DNA of 64,000 nucleotides, taken from an uncultured Methanosarcinales archaeon (GTDB lineage: Archaea > Nanobdellota > Nanobdellia > Woesearchaeales > BS150m-G63). Below are positions 1 through 8,691 of the stretch, piece after piece. The stretch is from assembly GCA_964630685.1 (NCBI GenBank), contig CAZVVW010000006.1, forward strand, positions 16-64,015, written 5' to 3'. How positions within the stretch are numbered: the stretch's first letter is position 1; every line of letters begins with the position of its first letter. The translations under genes were made by a program, and so were the position numbers. The notes beneath the pieces were generated by a model, which searched no databases, was not told the DNA's origin, and saw nothing but the letters and a program-made list of their open reading frames with translations.

Positions 1-43
1 GGGATTGAGTTTTAGTGCAACGTCCCGAAGGGAAAACTCAGAG

Positions 44-652
44 TTAATCTTGAGCCCCGTTATTAGCATATTGACTCATTACATTAGAATATAATTCCTG
101 AACTTTATCACTACAAGGAAGGCTTGGAATGGTTTGCTGAAATTTTTGCGGATTGAATTTCCCTGAAGTAATTAAATCTTTGACTCTTTGCTTGTCATTT
201 TTGCCGTCTATGTGGTCTCTCCTTAGAACTAAATAATATAAAAATAAATTCTCAGGAGATGCGACAGGCAATGACATATTTTCATAAGGCAAAAATGTAA
301 CATCAGAAAAAACATCATTAGAAAAGGGAAATTCAAATCTTCCAATATCACAATCAGCAACCATTCTACTGCAAATATCAAAATTAGTTCCATTCAAAAT
401 TTCTATACATTGATTATCATAAGTTCCTTTTTCATAAGGCATTGAACCTCTTAATCTAACTTCATGCGAGGATTGCTTTTTGACATGTTGATAAACTTCC
501 TTAATATCTGGATGATAAACTCTAATATCACAATCATCTAATTCACTTTCTAATCCTCGCAAGTGCAAACCAAAGCCTGCATGAAAATAGAATGGAACTT
601 CCAAGCCTTTCAAAATTTTTACAACTTCTTCTACTTCAGATTTGATAACCAT
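44..652 (-). CDS. Pol-beta-superfamily nucleotidyltransferase-like protein (putative cassette 2)
   Basis: hAG-x-DxD motif (FHAGFGLHLRGLESELDDCDIRV); C-terminal LPVASPENL...K..D pattern typical of this fold. Confidence 0.55.
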   Translation of the reverse strand: MVIKSEVEEVVKILKGLEVPFYFHAGFGLHLRGLESELDDCDIRVYHPDIKEVYQHVKKQSSHEVRLRGSMPYEKGTYDNQCIEILNGTNFDICSRMVADCDIGRFEFPFSNDVFSDVTFLPYENMSLPVASPENLFLYYLVLRRDHIDGKNDKQRVKDLITSGKFNPQKFQQTIPSLPCSDKVQELYSNVMSQYANNGAQD

Positions 653-715
653 ATTTAAAGGAATTATATTGTGTTTTTTAAGGTTTACTACTTTTAGGGG
701 CTCAAAAATAATTGA

Positions 716-811
716 TTATAACATCGCGATTAAGAGAAGTTTTTGGAGCGAAGCGGAAGAAATTTGGGAAAAATCCGAGCCGAGGATTTTTCCTCTTAAT
801 CGCTGTTAAGT
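716..811 (-). other. attC-like recombination hairpin
   Basis: Minus strand R'' ACTTAAC (811-805) and R' GTTATAA (722-716); arms TAACA(TC)GCGATTAAGAG / CTCTTAATCGCTGTTA; inner hairpin 767-776/784-793. Confidence 0.7.
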
Positions 812-892
812 GAGGGTGAGGAGTGAAACGACGAAAGCGCAGCGTCCCCCGAGCGGAATGAAATGGAGCGAAGGAGTAAATTTTGGCGCGCG

Positions 893-1654
893 TTACTTCT
901 GACATACATAAAAAACTGGTGGATGTGTTCTTACATCTTTTTTAGAAATTTGCAGGCTTCCATTAATTTCAAGGATTTTAAATCCTGTTTTCTTAATTTC
1001 ACGCTCAACTTCTCGTATTGAGGGGATGTGGATGTATTGTTGGGTTTTGTAGGTTCTTTGTTTGTCACTGGTTTCTCTATCAAAAAATCTATCTCCAAAA
1101 TCTTGTTCCTGAATCTTCAATCCTAAGGGTTTCAAAAAATAAAATCTAAACCATTGTTTAATCCAGAAAAAAGAAAATTGCCTATTAAAAACTCGTGGGT
1201 GAGCTGTGAAAATGAAAATTCCATTTTTTTTCAATATTCTATAAACTTCATTTAATGCTTTTAATCTATTTTCGCTTCCTGGAATTTGTGTCCAACCCTG
1301 ATTTGAAAAAAGAGCATAATCAAAGGAATTTTTATCAAATTTAATATTGGTAGCGTCACCCACTCTATAATCAATTTTCAATTTTAATTCTTTAGCAATT
1401 TTTTTTGCACTTTGAATCATTGCCGGAACAAAATCAATTCCAATTATTTTGAAACCCCTCTTGAAAAGAGGGATTGTAGTTCTTCCGGTCCCGCAACCGA
1501 TATCTAAGATTTTGGTATTTTTCTTTGTAAAGTATTTTTTGATAAAGTGACTTTCTGAAATCCACAGGCCCTCTTTTGCTTTTTGAGTATAAAGAAGTTG
1601 GGCGTTTTTGCCTGCAAATTCTTCAAGCACCAGTTTTTTTAGATTAGTATCCAT
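893..1654 (-). CDS. Class I SAM-dependent methyltransferase (putative cassette 1)
   Basis: ILDIGCGTG motif I, GIDF, VGDA, FD, LKKNG motifs. Confidence 0.9.
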   Translation of the reverse strand: MDTNLKKLVLEEFAGKNAQLLYTQKAKEGLWISESHFIKKYFTKKNTKILDIGCGTGRTTIPLFKRGFKIIGIDFVPAMIQSAKKIAKELKLKIDYRVGDATNIKFDKNSFDYALFSNQGWTQIPGSENRLKALNEVYRILKKNGIFIFTAHPRVFNRQFSFFWIKQWFRFYFLKPLGLKIQEQDFGDRFFDRETSDKQRTYKTQQYIHIPSIREVEREIKKTGFKILEINGSLQISKKDVRTHPPVFYVCQK

Positions 1655-1716
1655 AATAAATTAAAAAGAAGTTATGAGTTTATTAAGGTTTTCATCGGAG
1701 CGCGCCAAAATTTATT

Positions 1717-1759
1717 TCACTTAACATAGATTAAACATAGTTTTAATTATGTTTAATCT
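1717..1759 (-). other. attI-like site with adjacent 12-8-12 palindrome
   Basis: GTTAAGT core on minus strand (1725-1719); AACATAG direct repeats 1723-1729 and 1734-1740; AGATTAAACATA/TATGTTTAATCT at 1728-1739/1748-1759. Confidence 0.55.
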
Positions 1760-1809
1760 GAAAATCTTGCGGAAAAGCAGAGTAAAAGTTTATTAATTAG
1801 TATTTTTTA

Positions 1810-2622
1810 ATGAAGGGTATGGCTAATAAAGGTTATTTAGTGGATAACTGGAAAAAGTTATTGGTTGATGAGTGCAGGGTTCGTGGGTATTCTAGGAAAA
1901 CAATTACTTCTTATACTTATTTTGTGGGGGAGTTCTTGAAGTTAGGGTTAGAGTTTAAGCAGTTTATGCTTAAATTGGCTGATAGGGGGTTGGCATCCTC
2001 TACTGTTCGTACTGCAGGTTTTGCGATAAAATTTTATTTTAAGATAATCGGATTGAAAGATATTTCTGAGATTCCAAACTTTAAAAGAGATAAAAAACTG
2101 CCAATTGTGCTTTCAAAAAAAGAAATAATAGATATGATTGTATCAACAACTAATTTTACACATCGTTTGATTATAAAATTACTTTACTCTGCAGGTTTAA
2201 GGTTATCTGAACTCATAAATCTTAAATGGAAGGATATTGATTTTGAGAGAAACTTAATTCAGGTAAAATCTGCAAAAGGAAGAAAAGACAGAGTAACTAT
2301 ACTTTCACCTAAAGTGAAAAAAGATTTGAAAGTTTTAACTTTGAATTTGGTCGGGAATGTATTTATTTCTAATCGAAATAAAAAATATACACCTTCTTCA
2401 ATTCAAAAAATAATTTCTAATGCATCTAAAAAAGCAGGAATTAAGAAAAAAGTAACTCCCCATACATTAAGGCATTCTTTTGCAACCCACTTACTTGAAA
2501 ATGGAACAGATATTAGATACATAAGTGATTTATTAGGCCATGCGAGCACAGACACAACTATGATCTATACCCATGTTTCAAATAATAATCTCAAAAGAAT
2601 CAAGAGTCCTTTGGATTTCTAA
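1810..2622 (+). CDS. Tyrosine recombinase (XerA/IntI-like, without IntI insertion); start may be 1819
   Basis: Catalytic R(GLRLSE), K(KGRKDR), HxxR(HTLRHS), H(LLGH), Y(TMIYTH); N-terminal RGYSxKT SAM-like domain; C-terminal SPLD. Confidence 0.93.
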   Translation: MKGMANKGYLVDNWKKLLVDECRVRGYSRKTITSYTYFVGEFLKLGLEFKQFMLKLADRGLASSTVRTAGFAIKFYFKIIGLKDISEIPNFKRDKKLPIVLSKKEIIDMIVSTTNFTHRLIIKLLYSAGLRLSELINLKWKDIDFERNLIQVKSAKGRKDRVTILSPKVKKDLKVLTLNLVGNVFISNRNKKYTPSSIQKIISNASKKAGIKKKVTPHTLRHSFATHLLENGTDIRYISDLLGHASTDTTMIYTHVSNNNLKRIKSPLDF

Positions 2623-2647
2623 TAAAAGACCGAAAGCTTTATAAAAT

Positions 2648-2665
2648 ACTTAACTATCGTTAAGT
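2648..2665. promoter_or_regulatory. Palindrome between TATA box and start codon, probable operator
   Basis: ACTTAAC-TATC-GTTAAGT between TTTATAAA (2638-2645) and ATG 2669. Confidence 0.5.
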
Positions 2666-2668
2666 TTT

Positions 2669-3028
2669 ATGATTCAACCACAGGAGATTGAGGTATGGTA
2701 TTTATTGCCCGCAATAAGAAGAAAGTTTGCTAGGTGTATGATTAAAAAACATGGACTGAGTCAAAGAAAAACCGCTTCTTTGTTGGGAATAACTGAATCA
2801 GCTGTTTCACAATATGTGAACAGCAAGAGAGCTAAAGATGTTCAGCTTGGATGCGAATTATCAAAAGCAGTTGAACTTTCTGTCAAGAGAGTTGTTGATG
2901 GAAAATCCCATTTTGTTACTGAGATACAAAAACTGTTGAAATTAGCCTATAAAGAGGATGTTTTATGCAGAATTCATAAGGAATATGATAATGTTCCTGA
3001 GAAATGTGTGTTATGTGGGGGTAGATGA
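2669..3028 (+). CDS. HTH transcriptional regulator with C-terminal Cys/His motif
   Basis: PQEIEVWYLLPAIRR...LSQRKTASLLGITESAVSQY HTH; CxxH...CxxC tail; heads the Fe-S operon. Confidence 0.8.
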   Translation: MIQPQEIEVWYLLPAIRRKFARCMIKKHGLSQRKTASLLGITESAVSQYVNSKRAKDVQLGCELSKAVELSVKRVVDGKSHFVTEIQKLLKLAYKEDVLCRIHKEYDNVPEKCVLCGGR

Positions 3029-3029
3029 A

Positions 3030-4166
3030 ATGAAAGTGTATGTTGACAATGGCGCTTCAACAAAAGTTGATGAAAAAGTGTTGAAAGTAATGGAACATTA
3101 TTTTACTGAGAAGTATGGGAATGCATCTTCTTTGCATGATTTTGGAAGGGAAGCATTAGAGGGGTTAGAAAAAGCTAGATCAATTATTGCGAAAAAAATA
3201 AATGCCAAAGCAGGAGAGATAATTTTTACTTCTGGAGGAACAGAATCTGATAATCTTGCAGTAATTGGAACTGCTTATGTTGATAAAGATAAGAATCATA
3301 TAATTACTTCAGCTATTGAACATCCTGCTGTGCTTAACACTTGTCAAGAATTAGAGAGAAGAGGTTTTAGTGTAACTTATTTGTCTGTGGATGAAGATGG
3401 ATTTGTGAATCCTAAAGATGTTGAAAATGCTATTACTGATAAAACCGCATTGGTTACAATAATGCATGCTAATAATGAGACAGGAGTGATTGAGCCTGTT
3501 GAAGAAATTGGAAAAATATGCAGAAAAAAAGGAGTTTTATTCCATACTGATGCTGTTCAGAGTTTTACTAAAGTAAAAATAGATGTCAAAAAAATGAATA
3601 TTGATATGGCTTCATTTTCAGCTCATAAAGTTCATGGACCAAAAGGGATTGGAGCGCTGTATGTTCGAAATGGTGTAAAGATTAAGAAAATAATGCAAGG
3701 TGGAAAGCATGAATTTAATATGCGTCCTGGAACTGAAAATGTTGCTGGCGCGATTGGTTTTGCTGAAGCTGTTAAGCAGATGAAGGATTCTGATGTTAAA
3801 CATATCGCTGAATTGAGAGATAGATTGATTAACGGAATTGAGAGTGATATTGAAAGAGTGAAATTAAATGGTCCAATTGATGGGCGATTGTGTAATAATA
3901 TTAATTTTTCATATTTAGGTTTAGAAGGCGAAACTATAAGCACTTATTTGAGTATGAAAGGGGTTGCAACTTCAACTGGTTCTGCCTGTGCTTCTGCTTC
4001 TCTTGAGCCAAGCCATGTTTTGATTGCAATGGGGATGAAACACGAAGACGCACATGGTTCTATAAGAATGACTTTGAGTAAATTCACAACAGAAGAAGAG
4101 ATCGAGTACATACTCAAAGTTTTACCAGATATAATCAAAAAATCAAGGAGGATAAGTCCACTTTAA
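3030..4166 (+). CDS. iscS: Cysteine desulfurase IscS/NifS
   Basis: FTSGGTESDN, HTDAVQ, SAHKVHGPKG (PLP Lys), STGSACAS; start reassigned to ATG 3030. Confidence 0.95.
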   Translation: MKVYVDNGASTKVDEKVLKVMEHYFTEKYGNASSLHDFGREALEGLEKARSIIAKKINAKAGEIIFTSGGTESDNLAVIGTAYVDKDKNHIITSAIEHPAVLNTCQELERRGFSVTYLSVDEDGFVNPKDVENAITDKTALVTIMHANNETGVIEPVEEIGKICRKKGVLFHTDAVQSFTKVKIDVKKMNIDMASFSAHKVHGPKGIGALYVRNGVKIKKIMQGGKHEFNMRPGTENVAGAIGFAEAVKQMKDSDVKHIAELRDRLINGIESDIERVKLNGPIDGRLCNNINFSYLGLEGETISTYLSMKGVATSTGSACASASLEPSHVLIAMGMKHEDAHGSIRMTLSKFTTEEEIEYILKVLPDIIKKSRRISPL

Positions 4167-4167
4167 A

Positions 4168-4551
4168 ATGTATTCAAAAAAAGTAATGGGGCACTTTAAC
4201 AATCCAAAAAATGTTGGGGAGTTAAAGAATGCTGATGGGATTGGAAAAGTAGGGAATCCAAGATGTGGAGATGTTATGTGGCTTTACATTAAAGTTGAAA
4301 AGAAAGAAGGAAAAGAACTGATAAAAGATGTTAAATTCAAAACTTTTGGATGTGTTGCTGCGATAGCTACTAGTTCTGCGGTTACTGAATTGGTTAAAGG
4401 TAAAGAGATTTCTGTTATTGAGAAACTCACAAAAGATAATGTTGTAGAGATTCTTGAAGGATTGCCCCCAATTAAAGTGCATTGTTCTATTTTAGCAATA
4501 GAGGCATTACACGCAGCGATTAAAGATTATAGAAAGAAATCTAAAAAGTAA
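4168..4551 (+). CDS. iscU: Fe-S scaffold IscU/NifU
   Basis: GNPRCGD, FGCVAAIA, LPPIKVHCS. Confidence 0.95.
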   Translation: MYSKKVMGHFNNPKNVGELKNADGIGKVGNPRCGDVMWLYIKVEKKEGKELIKDVKFKTFGCVAAIATSSAVTELVKGKEISVIEKLTKDNVVEILEGLPPIKVHCSILAIEALHAAIKDYRKKSKK

Positions 4552-4583
4552 ACTTTATATATCATTAAATGAGCTGGTGAAAC

Positions 4584-4823
4584 ATGACAAAATCTAAAAC
4601 AACAAAAACAGCTAAAATAACAAAAGATATGACTTTAGGAGATGTGGTTACAAGATATCCTGAGAGTGCAGAAGTGATGATGGAATATGGATTGCATTGT
4701 ATTGGATGCCATGTTGCGGCATGGGAAAGTGTAGAAGAAGGGGCAAAAGCCCATGGATTAGATGACAAGAAAGTTAAAGAAATGTTAGATAAAATGAATA
4801 AAGCTGTTGAAGAAATTAAATGA
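4584..4823 (+). CDS. DUF1858-type redox/Fe-S associated small protein
   Basis: ITKDMTLGDVV..YPE...GLHCIGC...ESVEEGAKAHG. Confidence 0.8.
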   Translation: MTKSKTTKTAKITKDMTLGDVVTRYPESAEVMMEYGLHCIGCHVAAWESVEEGAKAHGLDDKKVKEMLDKMNKAVEEIK

Positions 4824-4832
4824 GGTATTAAT

Positions 4833-5027
4833 ATGGCCAAATATAAAATCGAGCATGATATTGAAGCATGTATTGGGTGTGGTGCTTGTGCTGCTGTCTG
4901 TGATAATTGGGTTATGGAAGGCGATAAAGCAAAAGAAATAGAAACAGAATTTGATGAAATTGGATGTAATCAAGATGCTGTGGATAGTTGTCCTGTTGAT
5001 TGTATTAAAATAGTTGAAATTAAATAA
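4833..5027 (+). CDS. Ferredoxin (single 4Fe-4S type)
   Basis: CIGCGAC ... CPVDCI. Confidence 0.9.
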   Translation: MAKYKIEHDIEACIGCGACAAVCDNWVMEGDKAKEIETEFDEIGCNQDAVDSCPVDCIKIVEIK

Positions 5028-5039
5028 AAAAATAAAAAA

Positions 5040-5240
5040 TTATTTTCCTGTTAACACTTTATTTCCACCCGGAATTATTAAAATCACTCCCAAGATTATT
5101 ATACCCCAAACCCAATTAATTAGGTAAGTTGCTAATAATACTCCAATTCCTAAAGAAATAACTACTTTCCCATTTACCAACATAATTAAAAGTGGTGTTG
5201 GTAATTTTCTAAATCTTTTTATTAATTTTTTCATACACAT
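5040..5240 (-). CDS. Small membrane protein
   Basis: Two hydrophobic segments. Confidence 0.55.
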   Translation of the reverse strand: MCMKKLIKRFRKLPTPLLIMLVNGKVVISLGIGVLLATYLINWVWGIIILGVILIIPGGNKVLTGK

Positions 5241-5241
5241 T

Positions 5242-5553
5242 TTATTCCCCCTTTGAATCTCCTTTTTCTTTTTTATTTCTTTCTTTAATATCTTTTACTG
5301 CTTTTTTGAAAGCTTCAATTTGTCTTTCACTGAGTTTTCCATAACGAAGATAATTTATCTTGATAGATCTTAAAAATAAGTTTTGTTTGTATAGCTCTTC
5401 TGGAATTTTAAAGAGTTTTTTCATTTTAGGATCTTTGATTTCACCTTCGAGCTCTTTTTTCTGGCAGTCATAACATACTGGGAATTTCTGTTTCCAACTT
5501 ATTAACACATAATTTTTTCTACATCTTATACATTTTTGTTTAAATTTTGCCAT
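5242..5553 (-). CDS. Zn-finger hypothetical protein
   Basis: CIRC...CYDC; basic. Confidence 0.7.
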   Translation of the reverse strand: MAKFKQKCIRCRKNYVLISWKQKFPVCYDCQKKELEGEIKDPKMKKLFKIPEELYKQNLFLRSIKINYLRYGKLSERQIEAFKKAVKDIKERNKKEKGDSKGE

Positions 5554-5648
5554 GGTATTATTTTGAAGGTTTTTATTATTTATATAATCTATGATTTTGG
5601 TGTAAAAAGAAAGTTTTATAAAACTCTTTTGAGTGTTGTTGTGTTATA

Positions 5649-6734
5649 ATGAAAATAATTGACCCTTATGGAAGCGAACTGGTAGAGGATTATGCCAAAG
5701 CAATCAAAGATTTTGGATTAGATAGGTTTGATGCTAAACTATTTCCAGAACCAAATAGATTGATGAGGAGAGGGGTTGTGTTTGCTGGAAGAGATTTAAA
5801 TATTATATCTAAATGTATTAAAGAAAAAAAACCTTTTTACGCTTTGAGTGGGATTATGCCAACAAATGATCAAATTCATTTAGGCAATAAGATGGTTGTT
5901 GAAAATTTGAAGTATTTTCAAAAACATGGCGCCATCACAGTTATTTTGGTTGCAGATTTGGAGGCACAAGCTGCTCGTGGAGTTTCACTCGAAGAAGGAA
6001 GAAGAAGAGCTTTAAATTTTCATATTCCGGCTTATATTGCATTAGGATTAGATCCTAAGAAAACCATATTTTATTTTCAGTCAGAAAATAAAGATGTGAT
6101 TCACTTTGCTTACCAAGCTGCACAAAAAATAACTTTAAATGAGTTTAAAGCTGTTTATGGTAGTGCAGATCCTGGAAGGATTATGAGTGCTGTGACTCAG
6201 ATTGGTGATGTGCTTTATCCTCAGATGAAAGAAAGAATGCCTGGAATAATTCCAGTAGGAGTTGATCAAGATCCCCATATAAGATTATCAAGAGATGTTG
6301 TTAACAGAATGAAAAAAGAGAAGTACTTTTTACCAAGTTCTCTTTATCATAAATACACTCCTTCTTTAGGGGGAAAAATTAAGATGTCTAAATCCCATCC
6401 AGAATCTTGTATCACAATACCTGAAGATGTTGATTCTGTAAAGAAAAAGATACTGAGAGCAGTAACTGGTGGAAGAGATACTTTAGAAGAACATCGTAAG
6501 TTGGGTGCAGAAGTTGAAAAATGTATGGTGTTTGAATTATTAAAACAACATTTGGTAGAAGATGACAAAGAGTTGGATAAAATTTACAAAGACTATAAAT
6601 CTGGAAAAATGACTTCTGGAGAAATTAAACAAATTGCTGTTGATAAGATGACTGAATTTATGAATGATTTTGAGAAAAAGTTGGAGAAAGCAAGAAAACA
6701 GGTAGATAAGTTAAATTTTGTTAAATTCACTTAG
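5649..6734 (+). CDS. trpS: Tryptophan--tRNA ligase
   Basis: HLGN, GVDQDPH, KMSKS. Confidence 0.93.
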   Translation: MKIIDPYGSELVEDYAKAIKDFGLDRFDAKLFPEPNRLMRRGVVFAGRDLNIISKCIKEKKPFYALSGIMPTNDQIHLGNKMVVENLKYFQKHGAITVILVADLEAQAARGVSLEEGRRRALNFHIPAYIALGLDPKKTIFYFQSENKDVIHFAYQAAQKITLNEFKAVYGSADPGRIMSAVTQIGDVLYPQMKERMPGIIPVGVDQDPHIRLSRDVVNRMKKEKYFLPSSLYHKYTPSLGGKIKMSKSHPESCITIPEDVDSVKKKILRAVTGGRDTLEEHRKLGAEVEKCMVFELLKQHLVEDDKELDKIYKDYKSGKMTSGEIKQIAVDKMTEFMNDFEKKLEKARKQVDKLNFVKFT

Positions 6735-6743
6735 AGTTCTAAA

Positions 6744-7175
6744 ATGAGGATTAAAATAAATGTAGTGCGAATGGATAAAGAAGTAGAAATGGTTAAGTAT
6801 GCTCACGAAGGTGATGCTGCTTTTGATTTAAGAGCCTCAATAGATATGGAGATTGAAGCAGGAGAAAAAGTGCTTGTGCCTACTGGACTTAAATTTGCAA
6901 TTCCTAAAGGTCATGTTGGGTTGATATGGGATAGAAGTGGATTGGCTGTTAAACATTCTCTTCATTGTTTGGCAGGTGTTATTGATTCTGGATATCGTGG
7001 AGAAACTAAAGTAGTGATAATTAATCTTGGAAAGGATATTTTTTCTGTTAAAAAAGGAATGCGAATAGCTCAGATGTTGATTCAAAAAGTAGAAACTGTT
7101 GAATTTGAAGAAGTTGATTCCCATGAAGATACTTTAAGAAATCAAGGCGGTTTTGGAAGTACAGGATTACATTGA
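6744..7175 (+). CDS. dut: dUTP diphosphatase
   Basis: DAAFDL, RSGLA, GVIDSGYRGE, RIAQ, RNQGGFGSTG. Confidence 0.95.
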   Translation: MRIKINVVRMDKEVEMVKYAHEGDAAFDLRASIDMEIEAGEKVLVPTGLKFAIPKGHVGLIWDRSGLAVKHSLHCLAGVIDSGYRGETKVVIINLGKDIFSVKKGMRIAQMLIQKVETVEFEEVDSHEDTLRNQGGFGSTGLH

Positions 7176-7211
7176 AGATATTATAAAAAAGTTTAAATAC
7201 CTAATAAACAA

Positions 7212-7412
7212 TTGAATATATCAGAGGTGATGTTAATGGTCAAATATGTTCCTTTGAAAGGAAGTTTTATGATTGCAAGTGTTGTAGGTCTTCTTGTTTC
7301 TGCAATTTATATTGCTGATTTTTCTGTTACTTGGGGATTTGCACTTTCAGTTGTATTTGTGCTGATGTTTATAGCTTCCATAATTTCAATGACTAAAGCT
7401 CCAGTAAAATAA
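7212..7412 (+). CDS. Small 2-TM membrane protein (start probably 7236)
   Basis: Hydrophobic ORF with GAGGTG SD-like sequence before 7236. Confidence 0.65.
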   Translation: MNISEVMLMVKYVPLKGSFMIASVVGLLVSAIYIADFSVTWGFALSVVFVLMFIASIISMTKAPVK

Positions 7413-7413
7413 T

Positions 7414-8691
7414 ATGGCTAAAAATAGTTTGAAGAGGGAGCTTGGTTTATTTGAAACCACTCTTTTTGGAGTTGGAATAATAGTTGGAGCGGGAATATAT
7501 GCTTTGTTAGGTGTTGCTACTAGTTATGGTGGTAGTGCTGTTTGGCTTTCATTTTTTATTGCAGCGGTAGTTGCTATGTTTACTGGTTTGAGTTATGCTG
7601 AACTTTCTTCTATGTTTTCAAAAGATGCAGGAGAATATATTTATGCAGAAAAAGCGTTTGGAAGAAGGGTTGCTTTTATGATTGGGTGGTTAATTATTAT
7701 CACTGGAATTATAACTTCAACTGCTGTAGGGATAGGATTTGCGCATTATTTACATTCTTTAACTGGATTTCCTATTTTGTTTTCTGCTTTAGGGATTATA
7801 TTTTTGATGTCTTTAGTGAATATGTGGGGAATTAAAGAAACATCTGGGCTTAATATTTTTTTTACGCTTGCAGAAGTTTTGGGACTGGTGTTGATTGTCG
7901 TTTTAGGGCTTAAATATTTTGGAAAAGTAGATTATCTTGTTATGCCGTATGGAATAAAAGGAGTTTTTAATGGAGCTGCACTTATCTTTTTTGCATTTCT
8001 TGGTTTTGAAAGTATTATTAAGTTATCTGAAGAGACTAAGAATCCTCATAAAACAATTCCTCGTGCACTTATTTTATCTATGATTATTACAACTGTTTTG
8101 TATGTTTTGGTTGCGATTTCTGCTGTTAGCATGCTTGGTTGGGAAACTCTTGCTAATTCAACTGCTCCATTGGCAGATGTTGCTGCTGTGGCCTTGGGTA
8201 GTAATGGATTTATTATTCTAGCAATCATTGCGTTGTTTTCAACTACTAATACTATTTTGATATCTTTGGTGGCTACATCTAGAATGATTTATGGAATTGC
8301 TGAAAGAAAAGATCTTCCAAAAGTTTTTGCTCATGTAAATAAGCATACAAAAACTCCTGCCGTTGCAGTTTTTTTTACTATGATTTTTGCTATGATTATG
8401 GTTTTTTTAGGAGATATAGAGTTAGTTGCGAATTTAACTAACACTGCTGTTTTTTTGACTTTTATTTTGATTAATTTATCTTTAATAGCTTTAAGATATA
8501 AAATGCCAAAAACTAAAAGGCCTTTTAAGGTTCCTTTTAGTGTTGGGAAATTCCCTATTCTTCCTGTGTTTGGGGTTGTGAGTAGTTTATTTATGTTGAC
8601 TAATATTAATTTTAAGATTATTTTTGCATTAGTGGTTCTTGTTGCTGTAGGGTTTGTGATACATGATTTAGTTATGAAGAAGTCAAAGTGA
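7414..8691 (+). CDS. APC family amino acid permease
   Basis: GIIVGAGIY, YAELSS, FAFLGFE, EETKNP, RPFKVP. Confidence 0.92.
   Translation: MAKNSLKRELGLFETTLFGVGIIVGAGIYALLGVATSYGGSAVWLSFFIAAVVAMFTGLSYAELSSMFSKDAGEYIYAEKAFGRRVAFMIGWLIIITGIITSTAVGIGFAHYLHSLTGFPILFSALGIIFLMSLVNMWGIKETSGLNIFFTLAEVLGLVLIVVLGLKYFGKVDYLVMPYGIKGVFNGAALIFFAFLGFESIIKLSEETKNPHKTIPRALILSMIITTVLYVLVAISAVSMLGWETLANSTAPLADVAAVALGSNGFIILAIIALFSTTNTILISLVATSRMIYGIAERKDLPKVFAHVNKHTKTPAVAVFFTMIFAMIMVFLGDIELVANLTNTAVFLTFILINLSLIALRYKMPKTKRPFKVPFSVGKFPILPVFGVVSSLFMLTNINFKIIFALVVLVAVGFVIHDLVMKKSK

Noticed and set aside
702..905. 67-aa minus-strand ORF across the inter-cassette spacer
   Set aside because: Overlaps the MTase stop and reads through GC-rich palindromes; better explained as attC-like DNA.
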